A DNA stretch of 58,738 nt from an uncultured cyanobacterium. GTDB lineage: Bacteria; Cyanobacteriota; Cyanobacteriia; Cyanobacteriales; Microcystaceae. Shown piece by piece: positions 31,822-42,932 of this stretch. The DNA is taken from NCBI GenBank assembly GCA_963807635.1, contig CAWEDJ010000005.1:1-58738 (forward strand), read 5' to 3'. Made by a program: the position numbers and the translations under genes. Under the pieces are notes generated by a model. It was given only the letters and a program-made list of their open reading frames with translations, was not told where the DNA came from and made no database searches. The first letter of the stretch is position 1. The number at the start of each line of letters is the position of its first letter.

Positions 31822-34800
31822 TTAACTCTTTTGTTTAAATTCGGCAGCATAATAGCGTTTTGTTTCAGCTTCTTTGTTACATAAAATTAATCCCAGTTCT
31901 TCAAGAATTTCTAAACAATTAGCAATAACGTCTGTTTTTGTTTTACTTTGAAATTGAACGGCAATTTGGGCTTCTGTCCACTCTCTTTCTTGAGTTCGCA
32001 ATAGTTCTCGAATAGCGGCTAGTTGATCTTTGAATTTGGTAGGGAATTTCCGAGGTTCAACAGGTTCAATAACGGCTTTTTCTTCGAGTTCAATTCCTTC
32101 AATTTCTTTTTGAGTCGTTACTTGATCGGGAGCTTGATATTCGGGACGGAGCCAACGAATAATTCCGTTTTTTTCTTCTTCACCACGTTCTAAATTAAGG
32201 GCGACTAACTTTTCTAAAATGCTTTGTTTGAGTTCTTCTTTTTGAATTTCATCTCCTTGCCAAAGCGGAACTAATTCATCCCATCCGTAGGCTTGAAAAA
32301 CGGCTATGTCTAATTCGTCATGGATTTGTTTAAGAATGGAAACTAAAGCTCGATCATTGTATTCGCGATCGCTGTCTGTAAAGGATTCACCCTTTCGCAT
32401 TTTTTCTAATAAGTTATACATTCCTGTTAGGGTAATATCAGGATGTTGGGTTTGGATATTTTTACGGTGACTATCTAATCTTTCGCCTAATTCTCGAATT
32501 TTTTGTTTTAATTTCTCAGGAGGATCGGGAAAAGGAAATTTCATAAAACAATCAGTATGATTATAATTTGAATCATTCCCAACTCCTAAAAATGCACCTG
32601 TTCTAAATGACCATACCAAATGAATTTGTGATGACAAGACACCAAGAAAATAACTATCATCTAAACTAATGGCAATCAGTTTAGCATCAGGTAAAATATT
32701 AGCATTTAAAAACATAAAAATTCGATGTTTCGCTGTTCTACAAGTTGCAATATAGCGATTCAATGCTTGAAATGACTTTCTTAGATTAGGATAATTTTCA
32801 GCAAAAAGCCACCAATTATCTCGTCTAATTTTTCTTTTTTGCTGATCTCGAATTGGTTTAACTTTTTCTAAAAGAATTTGATAGAGACTCGGATATTGTA
32901 TGGAAGCTTCTTGTTGAGTAAATCCAAAAAAATCAATTACCCATCTCTCTTGATAATTCTGTACTAAATCTCTACCGATAATATAGGGCTTGATAACGCT
33001 TGGTAAATTATTTTCTGAAAAACCGAGTAATTCTAAATCTTCTTTTGTCAATCTAAAACCTTCTCCCGAAAGAATAAATCCTTGAAAGGATAAATTAAGA
33101 TTAGATTGCAATGTAACTATTTTTGGAGTGTCAAAACCAATTGTTAAGTTAGGATTGATTTTACCTATTGTAATTGAACACTCAATTTCCCTAGTTCCTT
33201 CTTGATCCGTAACTTCCCTTGTCACTGTCAATAAATTGCCTTGATTTTCTCCAAAACTGCATACTGTCATTGCCACTCGAACGGCGGCTCCGTCTTTTAC
33301 ATCAACCCAAGGATGATCAGGAATTGCAAAAATCAACGAAATATTTTTATCTTTATTAATATAATTTTCAGTAATTTTTCTGTTAAATGGTTGTGTAATA
33401 CTATTCGTTGTAATAAATCCGAAACTTTTAATTTTCTTTTCTTCTAAAAATTTAGCGGCAAGATTCCACCAATACATTACTAAATCAGCAGATTCAGCTA
33501 CATTTTTATGAACTTTCCTTAATGTTTCAACATACCCATCTCCCAAAAGATTACGCATTCTCTTATTGCCAATAAAAGGCGGATTAGAAACAATATAATC
33601 AGCTTCAGGCCATTGGGCGGAACGGGGACGAACATAATGCAAAATCTTGATTTGATCATTCGGATCGGGTACTTTTTTTCCCGTAATAGGATGTTTAATC
33701 GTTGCCCCTCCCCAACGAGTCCGCACCTTTTTTGTCTTTGGATCAATGGCTGTTTTAATCTTGTCGTAAGCTAAAACTGCATCCCTACATTCAATATTTT
33801 TATATTCTCTTAAAACAGGCTCTATCGGTGGTAAATTACCAAATAAACGAGAATGCCATTGTAAATAGCCAATCCAAATCACTAAATCCGCGATCGCTGC
33901 CGCACGAGGATTAATTTCAATCCCTAAAAACTGAGACGGATTAACTTTTTCAAATTCTAACTTTAATTGAGAAACTCCTGTTACGGTTTCCAAACGATTA
34001 AAAACTTCTAATTCCAAAGTTTTCATTAAATCCAAAGTAACATAAAGAAAATTACCCGAACCGCAAGCAGGATCAAGCACTCTAATCTCTCGCAATTCCT
34101 TCAGAAAATCTTCTAAAATTGCCTGAGCTTGATTCACTTTTTCAGGATTAATTTCTGCTTCATCTTCCAAAATATGTTCAACTTCCCCTTGAATTAACTG
34201 CCATCTTTCTTGCAATGGCTCAATAATAGTAGGACGAACTAAACGCTCCACATAGGATCTCGGTGTATAATGCGCCCCTAATTGGCTTCTTTCTTTTATT
34301 TCTAAAGCTTGCTCTAATAACGTACCAAAAATTGCTGGCTCTACATTTTTCCAATCCCGTTCCGCCGCATCCAATAATAATTTTAATTGATCAGTTGTTA
34401 ATTTAAAAGCGACGGGATCTGCAAATAAATTTCCATTAAAATGTAGTACCTTTTCAAAGCCAAATTTTCCACCTTCATTCATCGTTTGCCACAGGGTTTC
34501 AATGCCTTCCTTAAAGTTATAAGGTTTAGGAATCCAACGCTCTTTTAAAGCTTTCGTAAATAAATGCTCAGGAAGTAACTCCAGATCTTCTGCAAACATC
34601 GTAAAAATACAACGCATCAAAAACTGAGCAACTTCTTGAGGATCACGTTTTCTGGGTTTTGATCCTGTTTTATAAACAGAAGCAGGTTCATGTTCTAAGG
34701 TCTTAGCTAACTTTGCCAAATCTGCCGCTACTTCTCTAGTTACTTTTGCCGCAATTTTTTCTGGATTTAAGGATTGTGGATCATTAAAAATCTTAACAAA

Positions 34801-35334
34801 ATAGTCAAAAATGTCTGGCTTTAGTAAATCTGAAAAATTAATATGCTTACCACTATCATAGGTTCCATAATTCCCATTAGCACTCAGCCAAGAATCACTA
34901 AAATCTTGCCAAATTTGAAAATGATTGCCAATATCACAGGTAATCAAAAAAGGAGGCTTGGGTAACACAAAACGTGCATAATTCAGGGCTTGAGCAAAAG
35001 CCTTTTTCATTGCCTTCCGATAACTATTGGTTCCCCGCTTACCTGTTCCCTTCGCACTTAGATCACTGCCCTGCTTTGCTTCCAGAACAAAATGACCCTC
35101 CTTATAAAGATCAATAAAATTCGGCGTAAACTCTCCACTAGGGTGAATTACCTTAATATCCTTGTCAAAACAGTAGAGATCTCCTTCTGTCGTTCCCTTC
35201 GCCCTGGGACGTTCAATTCCTAACGCATCACAAAATTCTGTGATAAATAACTGATAATTAGCCCGTTCATTGCCCCCCGACTTTTCCCAACGAGAAACAA
35301 AGGCTTCCATTCTTAGGCGATCGCTGTCTTGCAT
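31822..35334 (-). CDS. MmeI-like (Type IIL/IIG) restriction endonuclease-methyltransferase fusion
   Basis: N-terminal ERANYQLF and IDLYK..FVLEAK nuclease motifs, GAHYT, LDPACGSGNFL, NPPF, ADLVMYW; C-terminal target-recognition region. Confidence 0.88.
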   Translation of the reverse strand: MQDSDRLRMEAFVSRWEKSGGNERANYQLFITEFCDALGIERPRAKGTTEGDLYCFDKDIKVIHPSGEFTPNFIDLYKEGHFVLEAKQGSDLSAKGTGKRGTNSYRKAMKKAFAQALNYARFVLPKPPFLITCDIGNHFQIWQDFSDSWLSANGNYGTYDSGKHINFSDLLKPDIFDYFVKIFNDPQSLNPEKIAAKVTREVAADLAKLAKTLEHEPASVYKTGSKPRKRDPQEVAQFLMRCIFTMFAEDLELLPEHLFTKALKERWIPKPYNFKEGIETLWQTMNEGGKFGFEKVLHFNGNLFADPVAFKLTTDQLKLLLDAAERDWKNVEPAIFGTLLEQALEIKERSQLGAHYTPRSYVERLVRPTIIEPLQERWQLIQGEVEHILEDEAEINPEKVNQAQAILEDFLKELREIRVLDPACGSGNFLYVTLDLMKTLELEVFNRLETVTGVSQLKLEFEKVNPSQFLGIEINPRAAAIADLVIWIGYLQWHSRLFGNLPPIEPVLREYKNIECRDAVLAYDKIKTAIDPKTKKVRTRWGGATIKHPITGKKVPDPNDQIKILHYVRPRSAQWPEADYIVSNPPFIGNKRMRNLLGDGYVETLRKVHKNVAESADLVMYWWNLAAKFLEEKKIKSFGFITTNSITQPFNRKITENYINKDKNISLIFAIPDHPWVDVKDGAAVRVAMTVCSFGENQGNLLTVTREVTDQEGTREIECSITIGKINPNLTIGFDTPKIVTLQSNLNLSFQGFILSGEGFRLTKEDLELLGFSENNLPSVIKPYIIGRDLVQNYQERWVIDFFGFTQQEASIQYPSLYQILLEKVKPIRDQQKRKIRRDNWWLFAENYPNLRKSFQALNRYIATCRTAKHRIFMFLNANILPDAKLIAISLDDSYFLGVLSSQIHLVWSFRTGAFLGVGNDSNYNHTDCFMKFPFPDPPEKLKQKIRELGERLDSHRKNIQTQHPDITLTGMYNLLEKMRKGESFTDSDREYNDRALVSILKQIHDELDIAVFQAYGWDELVPLWQGDEIQKEELKQSILEKLVALNLERGEEEKNGIIRWLRPEYQAPDQVTTQKEIEGIELEEKAVIEPVEPRKFPTKFKDQLAAIRELLRTQEREWTEAQIAVQFQSKTKTDVIANCLEILEELGLILCNKEAETKRYYAAEFKQKS

Positions 35335-35768
35335 ATTGACTTGATTTATTTATAATAGACTAACTTAAAAAGTAACAAAAATGAGAACTACTATAGATTA
35401 GCCGATAACCAAATAATAAAATTATTAAAACTCATTATTTCAGTTAAAATCAATTGTTTTTTATTGTCCAAATGTAAAATGAATTTCTCTTTCACCGAGA
35501 GCAAAAAATCTGTTCATAGAGAAGTTGAGTGATTGTTTGACTTATAACAAATTGATTTTTTGAACCATTTTTATTTATTATAACCATATTATTGTATCTA
35601 TTGACCATTTTAGATGACATATTTCACCTTCACCGCGATCGCCTTTCCCCTCAAACTCAAGCCAAAAAATTTCACAAATCACCGAAAAACTACTATATAC
35701 TGAGGGGTTGAATAGACAATATTTCAACTTGTCTTGCCCAAAAAAGTACATTTATCGAGTTTACGACC

Positions 35769-36809
35769 ATGACAGCGAGTTCTATCTACCCCGTCACTTG
35801 GCAACACGACCGAGTACTGTTGATCGACCAGACTCGGTTGCCAGGCGAATTTCACCACATTCAGATCGCCAATTATCACCAGATGGCCGAAGCCATTAAA
35901 ACCATGATTGTGCGGGGCGCACCAGCGATCGGGGTTGCCGCCGCCTATGGAGTGTATTTAGGCGCAAGAGATATCTATACAGAGGAAGTCGGAGAATTTT
36001 TACCCCTATTAGAAAATGTTGCCGAAGAATTACGCCATACTCGCCCAACTGCCGTTAATTTGTTCTGGGCCATTCGGGAAATGCTCAAAACCGCCTACGG
36101 AAGCGGCGATAATGTGGCGACCATTAAACAACAACTATTGATGACCGCCCAAGCCATTCAGGAACAGGATTTAATGACCTGTCAGCAAATCGGCGATCGC
36201 GGCTTAGAAGTTTTACCGAGTAGTCCTGAAAAATTAAATATTCTCACCCATTGTAATGCAGGAGCCTTAGCCACCGCAGGTTACGGAACCGCTTTAGGAG
36301 TCATTCGTTCCGCCTGGACAGCAGGGAGACTAGAACGAGTCTATGCCGATGAGACCCGTCCCCGTCTTCAGGGCGCGAAATTAACCGCCTGGGAATGTGT
36401 GCAGGAAAAGATTCCCGTCACCGTAATTACCGATAACATGGCGGCCCATTGTATGCAGAAAAAAATGATTCATGCTGTCGTCGTCGGTGCAGACCGCATT
36501 GCCGCCAATGGAGATGCCGCGAATAAAATTGGAACCTATGGATTGGCCGTGATTGCGAAGATGCACCAGGTTCCCTTTTTTGTCGCCGCGCCCCTTTCTA
36601 CCGTTGATTTTGACCTGCAAGACGGGACACAAATTCCCATTGAAGAACGTGATCCAACGGAAATTTATCAAATCGGAGAAACCCGCCTTTGTCCCGAAGG
36701 AGTGGATTTTTATAATCCCGCCTTTGATGTTACCCCTAACTCCCTGATTACGGCGATTATTACCGAAAAAGGAGCCGTTAAACCCACCGAATTAATTTCT
36801 CTTCAATAA
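35769..36809 (+). CDS. mtnA: Methylthioribose-1-phosphate isomerase
   Basis: [38 protein letters not shown]. Confidence 0.96.
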   Translation: MTASSIYPVTWQHDRVLLIDQTRLPGEFHHIQIANYHQMAEAIKTMIVRGAPAIGVAAAYGVYLGARDIYTEEVGEFLPLLENVAEELRHTRPTAVNLFWAIREMLKTAYGSGDNVATIKQQLLMTAQAIQEQDLMTCQQIGDRGLEVLPSSPEKLNILTHCNAGALATAGYGTALGVIRSAWTAGRLERVYADETRPRLQGAKLTAWECVQEKIPVTVITDNMAAHCMQKKMIHAVVVGADRIAANGDAANKIGTYGLAVIAKMHQVPFFVAAPLSTVDFDLQDGTQIPIEERDPTEIYQIGETRLCPEGVDFYNPAFDVTPNSLITAIITEKGAVKPTELISLQ

Positions 36810-36810
36810 T

Positions 36811-36932
36811 TAAGTAGCTAGTTACAATTAAACTGATAATACGTTTTTCGCTCGATCCCCCCTGCCCCCCTTGATAAGGGGGGTGTCCGTAGGACGGGGG
36901 GATCTTAATAAATTTTAAGCTCTATCCACTTA
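36811..36932. mobile_element. MITE-like element containing a GC-rich branched palindrome
   Basis: Ends TAAGTAGCTAG / (reverse complement) TAAGTGGATAG; core 36854-36904 is GATCCCCCC-[CCCCCCTT-GAT-AAGGGGGG]-[GTCC-GTA-GGAC]-GGGGGGATC. Confidence 0.65.
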
Positions 36933-38167
36933 TGCAACAGTTTGATGTCGTTGTTATCGGAGCGGGGCCTGCGGGTTCCCATTGTGCAGGGTTACTTGCA
37001 AAAGCAGGTTATCAGGTTCTTTTAGTAGAGCAACATGAGACTTTTTCCCAAAATAATTATTCGAGTGCGGCTTCTCCCTTAGAAATTTTAGAACAGTTTG
37101 ATTTACCCCATTCTGTTGTTGCTCAGTTTTGGCGGAAATTGGAATTAGTGAGTAGTGCGGTATCCCATACCTGGGAATCAGAAAAATCTTTAGGAGTGGT
37201 GTTTGATTTTTCTAAACTTCGACAATTTTTAGCCGATAGAGTAGAGAACCAGGGCGGAAAGGTTTGGATGGGTTATCGATATTTGAAATATGAAAAAATA
37301 GCAGATCAAACGATTGTTTCTCTCAAGAAAAAGGGCGGAGAAATAGTCGCGATCACCACCCAGATTTTAGTCGATGCAACGGGCTATGCTAGGGCTGTAA
37401 TCTATCCTGACAAAAGCAAACGTCAACCTTTTTATAAAGCAACGGGCATTGAATACTTAATTGAAGTTGATCAAGAAATTCATCAAAAATATGCCGAATC
37501 CCTGGTCTTTTTTCTAGGTTACCAATGGAGTCCAAGGGGATATTCTTGGATTTTTCCAATGGATAAAAATCAGTTAAAAATTGGGTCTGCTTGGATTGAT
37601 GCCGAGCATAAATATTTAAAAAAATTAAAGCCATTACGAGACTATACTAAGTCAATTATTCAAGATTATTTAAAATTAGACCAGTATAAATTGATTGAAA
37701 TTCACGGATCAACTTTGGAATATTCCAGTGGTTTAGATGACATTTATTACCAAGAGAATATCATCGCGATTGGGGATGCGGTTTCAACGGTGAATTTTTT
37801 AGGGGGAGAAGGGATTCGTCACGGAATGAAGGGTGCGGAAATCGCCTTTTCTTATATTGATAATTATCTACAAAATCAGACTTCTACTTTTTTAAACTAC
37901 GAAAAGGAAATGAAGAAAATATTTACAGAAAAATGGAACTTTTCTGAGAGAATTGGCAAAAAAGTTTATCTAGAATATTCTGATGAAAAAATCGATCTAG
38001 GCGTTTCTTATTTCAAATATTTAAAACTAAAAGATGTGATGGATATTCTGTTTAATTATAAATTTGATAAAATGTATGGGGGAGTTTATCCCTATTTGCT
38101 TAAAAAATTCACTCAACTTTCTGTCGTCCTTCAAAAATGGGTGGGTAGAAGTCAATCCAATTTATGA
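36932..38167 (+). CDS. FAD-dependent oxidoreductase, geranylgeranyl reductase-like family
   Basis: VIGAGPAG, VDATG, GYSWIFP, IGDAV...GEGI. Confidence 0.88.
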   Translation: MQQFDVVVIGAGPAGSHCAGLLAKAGYQVLLVEQHETFSQNNYSSAASPLEILEQFDLPHSVVAQFWRKLELVSSAVSHTWESEKSLGVVFDFSKLRQFLADRVENQGGKVWMGYRYLKYEKIADQTIVSLKKKGGEIVAITTQILVDATGYARAVIYPDKSKRQPFYKATGIEYLIEVDQEIHQKYAESLVFFLGYQWSPRGYSWIFPMDKNQLKIGSAWIDAEHKYLKKLKPLRDYTKSIIQDYLKLDQYKLIEIHGSTLEYSSGLDDIYYQENIIAIGDAVSTVNFLGGEGIRHGMKGAEIAFSYIDNYLQNQTSTFLNYEKEMKKIFTEKWNFSERIGKKVYLEYSDEKIDLGVSYFKYLKLKDVMDILFNYKFDKMYGGVYPYLLKKFTQLSVVLQKWVGRSQSNL

Positions 38168-39381
38168 TCAAAAAATTTATAGGATTTAATTTAAAAACAA
38201 TCACTCTGTCCTTCGGCATTCTCTCCCTCTTAACAAGTTGTAGCGGGAGTCAGTTTTTTGAAAATCGTTTTACCGCCGATCCCAGCTTACAAAATTCTCC
38301 CCAGGTTTCGACTTCCCCAAGCCTTGATCCTAACGCTGTTATTTCTACCCAAAATTTCCCGACAGAGATTCCCCGCTACAGTAATGCAACCTTAGAAGAA
38401 ATCAGTCCCGATGCCACTCGCGATCGCGGTCAAAGTAGATGGTCATCCCCCGATTCCATTAATTTAATTACGGATTTTTATCAAAAAGAATTCCAAACGA
38501 ATGACTGGGTGATCACCCAACCCCTTTCTCCTGATGATCCCAATAGTTCCCTGATCGCCAAACGGAATAATCTCCAAGTTACCCTAACCCCCCTGATTAC
38601 GGGGCAAAAAACGGAATTTACTCTAGATTATCAGCTCCTAGATAATGCTGGCTTAATCATACCGAGTCCCCAAGCTTCCAACGCCGTTATTCCCAACTCA
38701 CCTGTTACGTTTAATGATTTAGATCAAGTTGCTCAACCCCTGCGGGATTATATTCAGGATTTGGGCGATCTCGGTATTTTGACTCCCAAAAATGGCAATA
38801 ACTTCCAAGCAAATGCCCCTATCACTCGACAAGAATATGCCCGTTGGTTAGTTGCCGCCAATAATCAGTTCTATGCTACCTCTCCCAGTAAACAAATTCG
38901 GTTGGGCAATAAAAATACGCCTCCTGCATTTACCGACGTTCCGCCTAATCATCCTGATTTTCCTAGTATTCAAGGTTTAGCTGAGGCAGGACTGATTCCC
39001 TCTCCCTTGAGTAATGATGCTAGTGCCGTTCTCTTTCGTCCCGATGCCATTCTCAATCGGGAAAATTTAATTGCCTGGAAAGTTCCCCTCGATAGTCGTA
39101 GAGCTTTGCCTAATGCTTCGATGGAAACTCTCAAGGAAACTTGGGGATTTCAGGATACAGCGAAAATTGATCCTAAACTGTGGCGAGCTATCTATGGAGA
39201 TTTTCAGAATGGGGAGCAAGCAAACATTCGTCGGGTTTTTGGTTTTACTACCTTGTTTCAACCCAAGAAACCTGCCACTCGCGGAGATGCCGCCGCCGCT
39301 ATCTGGTATTTTGGCTTTCAAGGTGATGGACTATCTGCCAAGGATGTTTTGGGATTGAAGAAGACTACTCCCAGTAATTAA
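38164..39381 (+). CDS. S-layer homology (SLH) domain lipoprotein
   Basis: Lipobox LTSC; ITRQEYA, FTDVPPNHP, FQP...TRGDAAA. Confidence 0.88.
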   Translation: MIKKFIGFNLKTITLSFGILSLLTSCSGSQFFENRFTADPSLQNSPQVSTSPSLDPNAVISTQNFPTEIPRYSNATLEEISPDATRDRGQSRWSSPDSINLITDFYQKEFQTNDWVITQPLSPDDPNSSLIAKRNNLQVTLTPLITGQKTEFTLDYQLLDNAGLIIPSPQASNAVIPNSPVTFNDLDQVAQPLRDYIQDLGDLGILTPKNGNNFQANAPITRQEYARWLVAANNQFYATSPSKQIRLGNKNTPPAFTDVPPNHPDFPSIQGLAEAGLIPSPLSNDASAVLFRPDAILNRENLIAWKVPLDSRRALPNASMETLKETWGFQDTAKIDPKLWRAIYGDFQNGEQANIRRVFGFTTLFQPKKPATRGDAAAAIWYFGFQGDGLSAKDVLGLKKTTPSN

Positions 39382-39423
39382 ATTTTTTAAAAATCCTACA
39401 AATCAATTATTCACTAATGATTT

Positions 39424-40221
39424 ATGCGTTTTTTCAATAAAGTTGCCCTACAAACGCCTGAAAGTGTGGAGTTAGATTTCACCCTAGCGGGGATTGGGAA
39501 TCGTGCCTATGCCCTAGTCATTGACGATATTATTTTGGGATTTATTCTGATTATTTTTCTGATTATTTGGGCTTTATTTTCTTATTTTTTATATGAAGTT
39601 ATTCATATCAATAGTTTGATTGATAGTAAGACGATTAGCCTTTGGTTAGTGGCAATTCAATTACTGATAACATTTAGTATTTATGTAGGATATTTCACGT
39701 TTTTTGAAACCCTTTGGCAGGGTCAAACGCCAGGAAAGCGTATTGTTAAAATTCGTGTCATTCGAGAGGATGGCCGTCCTATTAGACTTCCCCAAGCGAC
39801 CCTTAGGGCGTTATTGCGCCCCCTGGATGATGTGCTTTTTTTAGGAATGTTTTTGATTATTTTTAGTAAATCCGAAAAACGTCTGGGGGATTGGCTGGCG
39901 GGAACTTTAGTGATTCAAGAAGAACAAAATTTGCCTGCCAAAAAGTTGATTATTTCCCCTGAAGCCGAGATTCTAGCCCAAAATCTTTTAGAAAATTCGG
40001 CGATCGCGGACTTACTGCCCGAAGATTTTGCCACTATCCGAGAGTATCTGCAACGGCGTGAGGGAATGTTAGCCAAAGGTCGTCGAGAATTGAGCGTTAA
40101 ATTAGCTCATCAAGCCAAATCTTTAATTAAACTCGAAGATATTCCCGATGAAACTTCCGCCAATATTTTTCTAGAAGCAGTTTATCTAGCCTACCAACAA
40201 CAATTTGACCGTGAACGATAG
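39424..40221 (+). CDS. RDD family membrane protein
   Basis: TPESVEL..LAGIGNRA.A..ID, GQTPGKR, RLGDWLAGT. Confidence 0.92.
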   Translation: MRFFNKVALQTPESVELDFTLAGIGNRAYALVIDDIILGFILIIFLIIWALFSYFLYEVIHINSLIDSKTISLWLVAIQLLITFSIYVGYFTFFETLWQGQTPGKRIVKIRVIREDGRPIRLPQATLRALLRPLDDVLFLGMFLIIFSKSEKRLGDWLAGTLVIQEEQNLPAKKLIISPEAEILAQNLLENSAIADLLPEDFATIREYLQRREGMLAKGRRELSVKLAHQAKSLIKLEDIPDETSANIFLEAVYLAYQQQFDRER

Positions 40222-40346
40222 AGAAAACAGGGCAAACATTGACTAAAACTCGGTTAGTGTTCGGCTTTGCTTGTAAAATGCTTTAGGGTATCTAGAAAGT
40301 TACCTAGTCATTAATTCTTAAAAATTGTAATATTCGGAGAAAAATT

Positions 40347-40859
40347 GTGGATTTAGCTCGTATTCCCGCCCAACCCAAGCCTGGTTTAGTTAATGTTTTA
40401 GTGGAAATTCCCGCAGGCAGTAAAAATAAGTATGAATTTGATAAAGACCTCAATGCCCTCGCGTTAGACCGTGTTCTCTATGCGTCTGTGCAGTATCCCT
40501 ACGATTATGGTTTTATTCCCAATACCCTCGCTGATGATGGCGATCCCCTCGATGGCATGGTGATCATGGATCAACCGACTTTTCCTGGCTGTGTGATTAC
40601 CGCCCGTCCTATTGGAATGTTGGAAATGATTGACGGTGGCGATCGCGACGAAAAGATTCTCTGTGTTCCTGACAAAGATCCCCGTTATGCCAATGTCAAA
40701 TCTCTTAAAGATATTGCGCCCCATCGGTTAGAAGAAATCGCCGAATTTTTCCGCACCTACAAGAATCTGGAAAAGAAAGTAACAGAAATTTTGGGTTGGA
40801 AAGATGTGGAATCGGTTCTGCCCTTGGTTGAAGAATGTGTTAAAGCGGGACAAAAATAA
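40347..40859 (+). CDS. ppa: Inorganic pyrophosphatase (family I)
   Basis: [27 protein letters not shown] start with GGAG RBS. Confidence 0.97.
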   Translation: MDLARIPAQPKPGLVNVLVEIPAGSKNKYEFDKDLNALALDRVLYASVQYPYDYGFIPNTLADDGDPLDGMVIMDQPTFPGCVITARPIGMLEMIDGGDRDEKILCVPDKDPRYANVKSLKDIAPHRLEEIAEFFRTYKNLEKKVTEILGWKDVESVLPLVEECVKAGQK

Positions 40860-40881
40860 GGTTTTTGAAGTTTGAAATTAC

Positions 40882-40907
40882 GGTGGGCCTTTCCCACCCA
40901 TTGTTTT
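40882..40907 (+). terminator. Possible terminator hairpin after ppa
   Basis: GGTGGG-CCTTT-CCCACC followed by a T-rich tract. Confidence 0.45.
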
Positions 40908-41099
40908 GCAGTGAGTTGATGAAATATCTTTATTAACCCAGAATTGAAACGAAATTAATCGTCACAGAAAGTTCATGTCCTCGACATACCCCCGACAAAC
41001 CCGCCCCCTATATTAAAAGAGTGTCAGCCCAAACCGTTTTCCCAGATGCTCCTCATCGGGCTGACTTTCCTCCTTTTGATCAGGCTAAATGTAATCACT

Positions 41100-42347
41100 A
41101 TGAAAGACTATTCATTAAATAATAATCCCCGCTCTAATAACGGATCAATTTCTAAAAAAACGATCGCCTATGTCGGTTTTGTCGTCTTTGGCATGGGGCT
41201 TGGAGTCGGCGGAACCTATGCTCTGACCAACCCTCAACTATTAAGCAGTATTGCTGAAAATCCCATTGTCAAAGCGAATAATTCTAATCCTATTAATCAA
41301 TCGGCGATCGCCGCGATGCCTGCTCCAACGAATTTCGTGGTAGATGTGGTCAAGGAAACTGGCCCCGCCGTTGTGCGGATTAATGCCCAAAAGACCGTCA
41401 AAACGGAAGCACCAGAACAACTGAATGATCCCTTTTTCCAAGGCTTTTTTGGTTCCCAATCTCCCCATTTTCCTGATACAAAGGTGGAACGGGGAACGGG
41501 TTCAGGGTTTATTTTGACTGAAAATGGACAAATTTTAACCAATGCCCACGTAGTCGATGGAGCCGATCAAGTGACGGTTACTCTCAAAGATGGTCGCACT
41601 CTTCAGGGAAAAGTCATGGGAACTGACCCGACTACGGATGTCGCGGTTGTGAAAATTGAAGCCGATAATTTACCCGTCGTTAAAGTGGGTAACTCTGATC
41701 GCCTACAGGTTGGAGAATGGGCGATCGCGATCGGTAATCCTTTAGGTTTAGATAACACCGTCACTACGGGAATTATCAGTGCGAGTGGACGCAGTAGCTC
41801 GGAAGTAGGAATTGGCGATAAACGGGTCGAATTTATCCAAACCGATGCCGCCATTAATCCAGGAAACTCTGGTGGCCCGCTTTTAAATTCCAACGGTGAA
41901 GTGATCGGCATGAATACTGCGATTATTCAAAATGCCCAGGGAATTGGATTTGCGATTCCCATCAACAAAGCCAAGCAGATCGCCCAAGAATTAATTGCCA
42001 CAGGTAAGGCCGATCATGCCTACCTCGGAATTCAAATGGTCGAAGTGACCCCTGAACTAAAACAACAATTAAAAGAACAGGGTGGTGTGGACTTAAAGAG
42101 CGATCGGGGTGTGGTGATCATGAAAGTCATGCCCAACTCTCCTGCGGATCTCGCGGGAATCCAATCGGGGGATGTGATTCAAAGCGTTAATGGACAAGAA
42201 ATCAAGACCCCTAGCGAAGTTCAGGCGATCGTTGAAAAAACCAGCATTGGTTCTGAACTTCCCCTAGAAGTTTCCCGTGATGATCGTCCTGTGAAAATTT
42301 CCATTAAAGTTGGTACTCTTCCCACTCAGAAGATGTCCCAAAACTAA
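41100..42347 (+). CDS. HtrA/HhoA/HhoB family serine protease with PDZ domain
   Basis: [27 protein letters not shown]-terminal PDZ; alternative start at 41046. Confidence 0.95.
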   Translation: MKDYSLNNNPRSNNGSISKKTIAYVGFVVFGMGLGVGGTYALTNPQLLSSIAENPIVKANNSNPINQSAIAAMPAPTNFVVDVVKETGPAVVRINAQKTVKTEAPEQLNDPFFQGFFGSQSPHFPDTKVERGTGSGFILTENGQILTNAHVVDGADQVTVTLKDGRTLQGKVMGTDPTTDVAVVKIEADNLPVVKVGNSDRLQVGEWAIAIGNPLGLDNTVTTGIISASGRSSSEVGIGDKRVEFIQTDAAINPGNSGGPLLNSNGEVIGMNTAIIQNAQGIGFAIPINKAKQIAQELIATGKADHAYLGIQMVEVTPELKQQLKEQGGVDLKSDRGVVIMKVMPNSPADLAGIQSGDVIQSVNGQEIKTPSEVQAIVEKTSIGSELPLEVSRDDRPVKISIKVGTLPTQKMSQN

Positions 42348-42376
42348 ATCTAGCTTTTGTTAACTTTTAACCTCGT

Positions 42377-42460
42377 TTATGGTTGGGATTGATCTTCTTT
42401 TTTGATCAATCGTAATTTTTTATCAGGGAGATTTTCATCCATCAAATACTTGATTTGCAT
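42377..42460 (-). pseudogene. Truncated DUF5615 PIN-like toxin remnant
   Basis: MQIKYLMDENLP followed by unrelated sequence and a stop after 27 aa; overlaps the end of the DUF433 gene. Confidence 0.6.
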
Positions 42461-42789
42461 ACGATTTTCCTAATGTTAGTCGTTCGGCTCGAAGTTGACG
42501 CAATTTTTCAGAAATTGGCGGGGGATTATTTGTTTGCCTCTTCTCGCATTTTGTGTCCCCACTCTAGCCAATTCGTAAGGTATCCATCAATTTCTTCTTT
42601 GTTATGAAGATAGTAGAGAACTGTTGCATAAACCTGTTCTAAGCTTAATGATGGGTAGGTTTTGGTAATTTCTTCGGGTGTTCGACTTCGGTAAATATAC
42701 TCATACAAGACTGTTTCAATACCAATTCGTGTATTTTTTAGGCGAATATCATTGGTAGAAAGAAAGATAAAGTAGTCTTCTAATTGCAT
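42435..42789 (-). CDS. DUF433 family antitoxin (frameshift at ~42537)
   Basis: MQLEDYF, TRIGIETVL, YPSLSLEQVYATVLYY; the corrected tail reads EQTNNPPPISEKLRQLR. Confidence 0.85.
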
Positions 42790-42894
42790 AGTTTATATCT
42801 CCAGGATGTTATAACTAAACCGATCATCGCCTTATCTGGCATTATAACTGACCAGAAACTTTTCTCATATCTCTGCCATCAACCAAGCCAGCAG

Positions 42895-42921
42895 TGGGTT
42901 TTGTCTCTTAACCCAACCTAC
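42895..42921 (-). repeat. GTAG-type REP-like palindrome
   Basis: Minus strand GTAGGTTGGGTT-AAGAGACAA-AACCCA. Confidence 0.5.
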
Positions 42922-42932
42922 GCTATCAGCGA

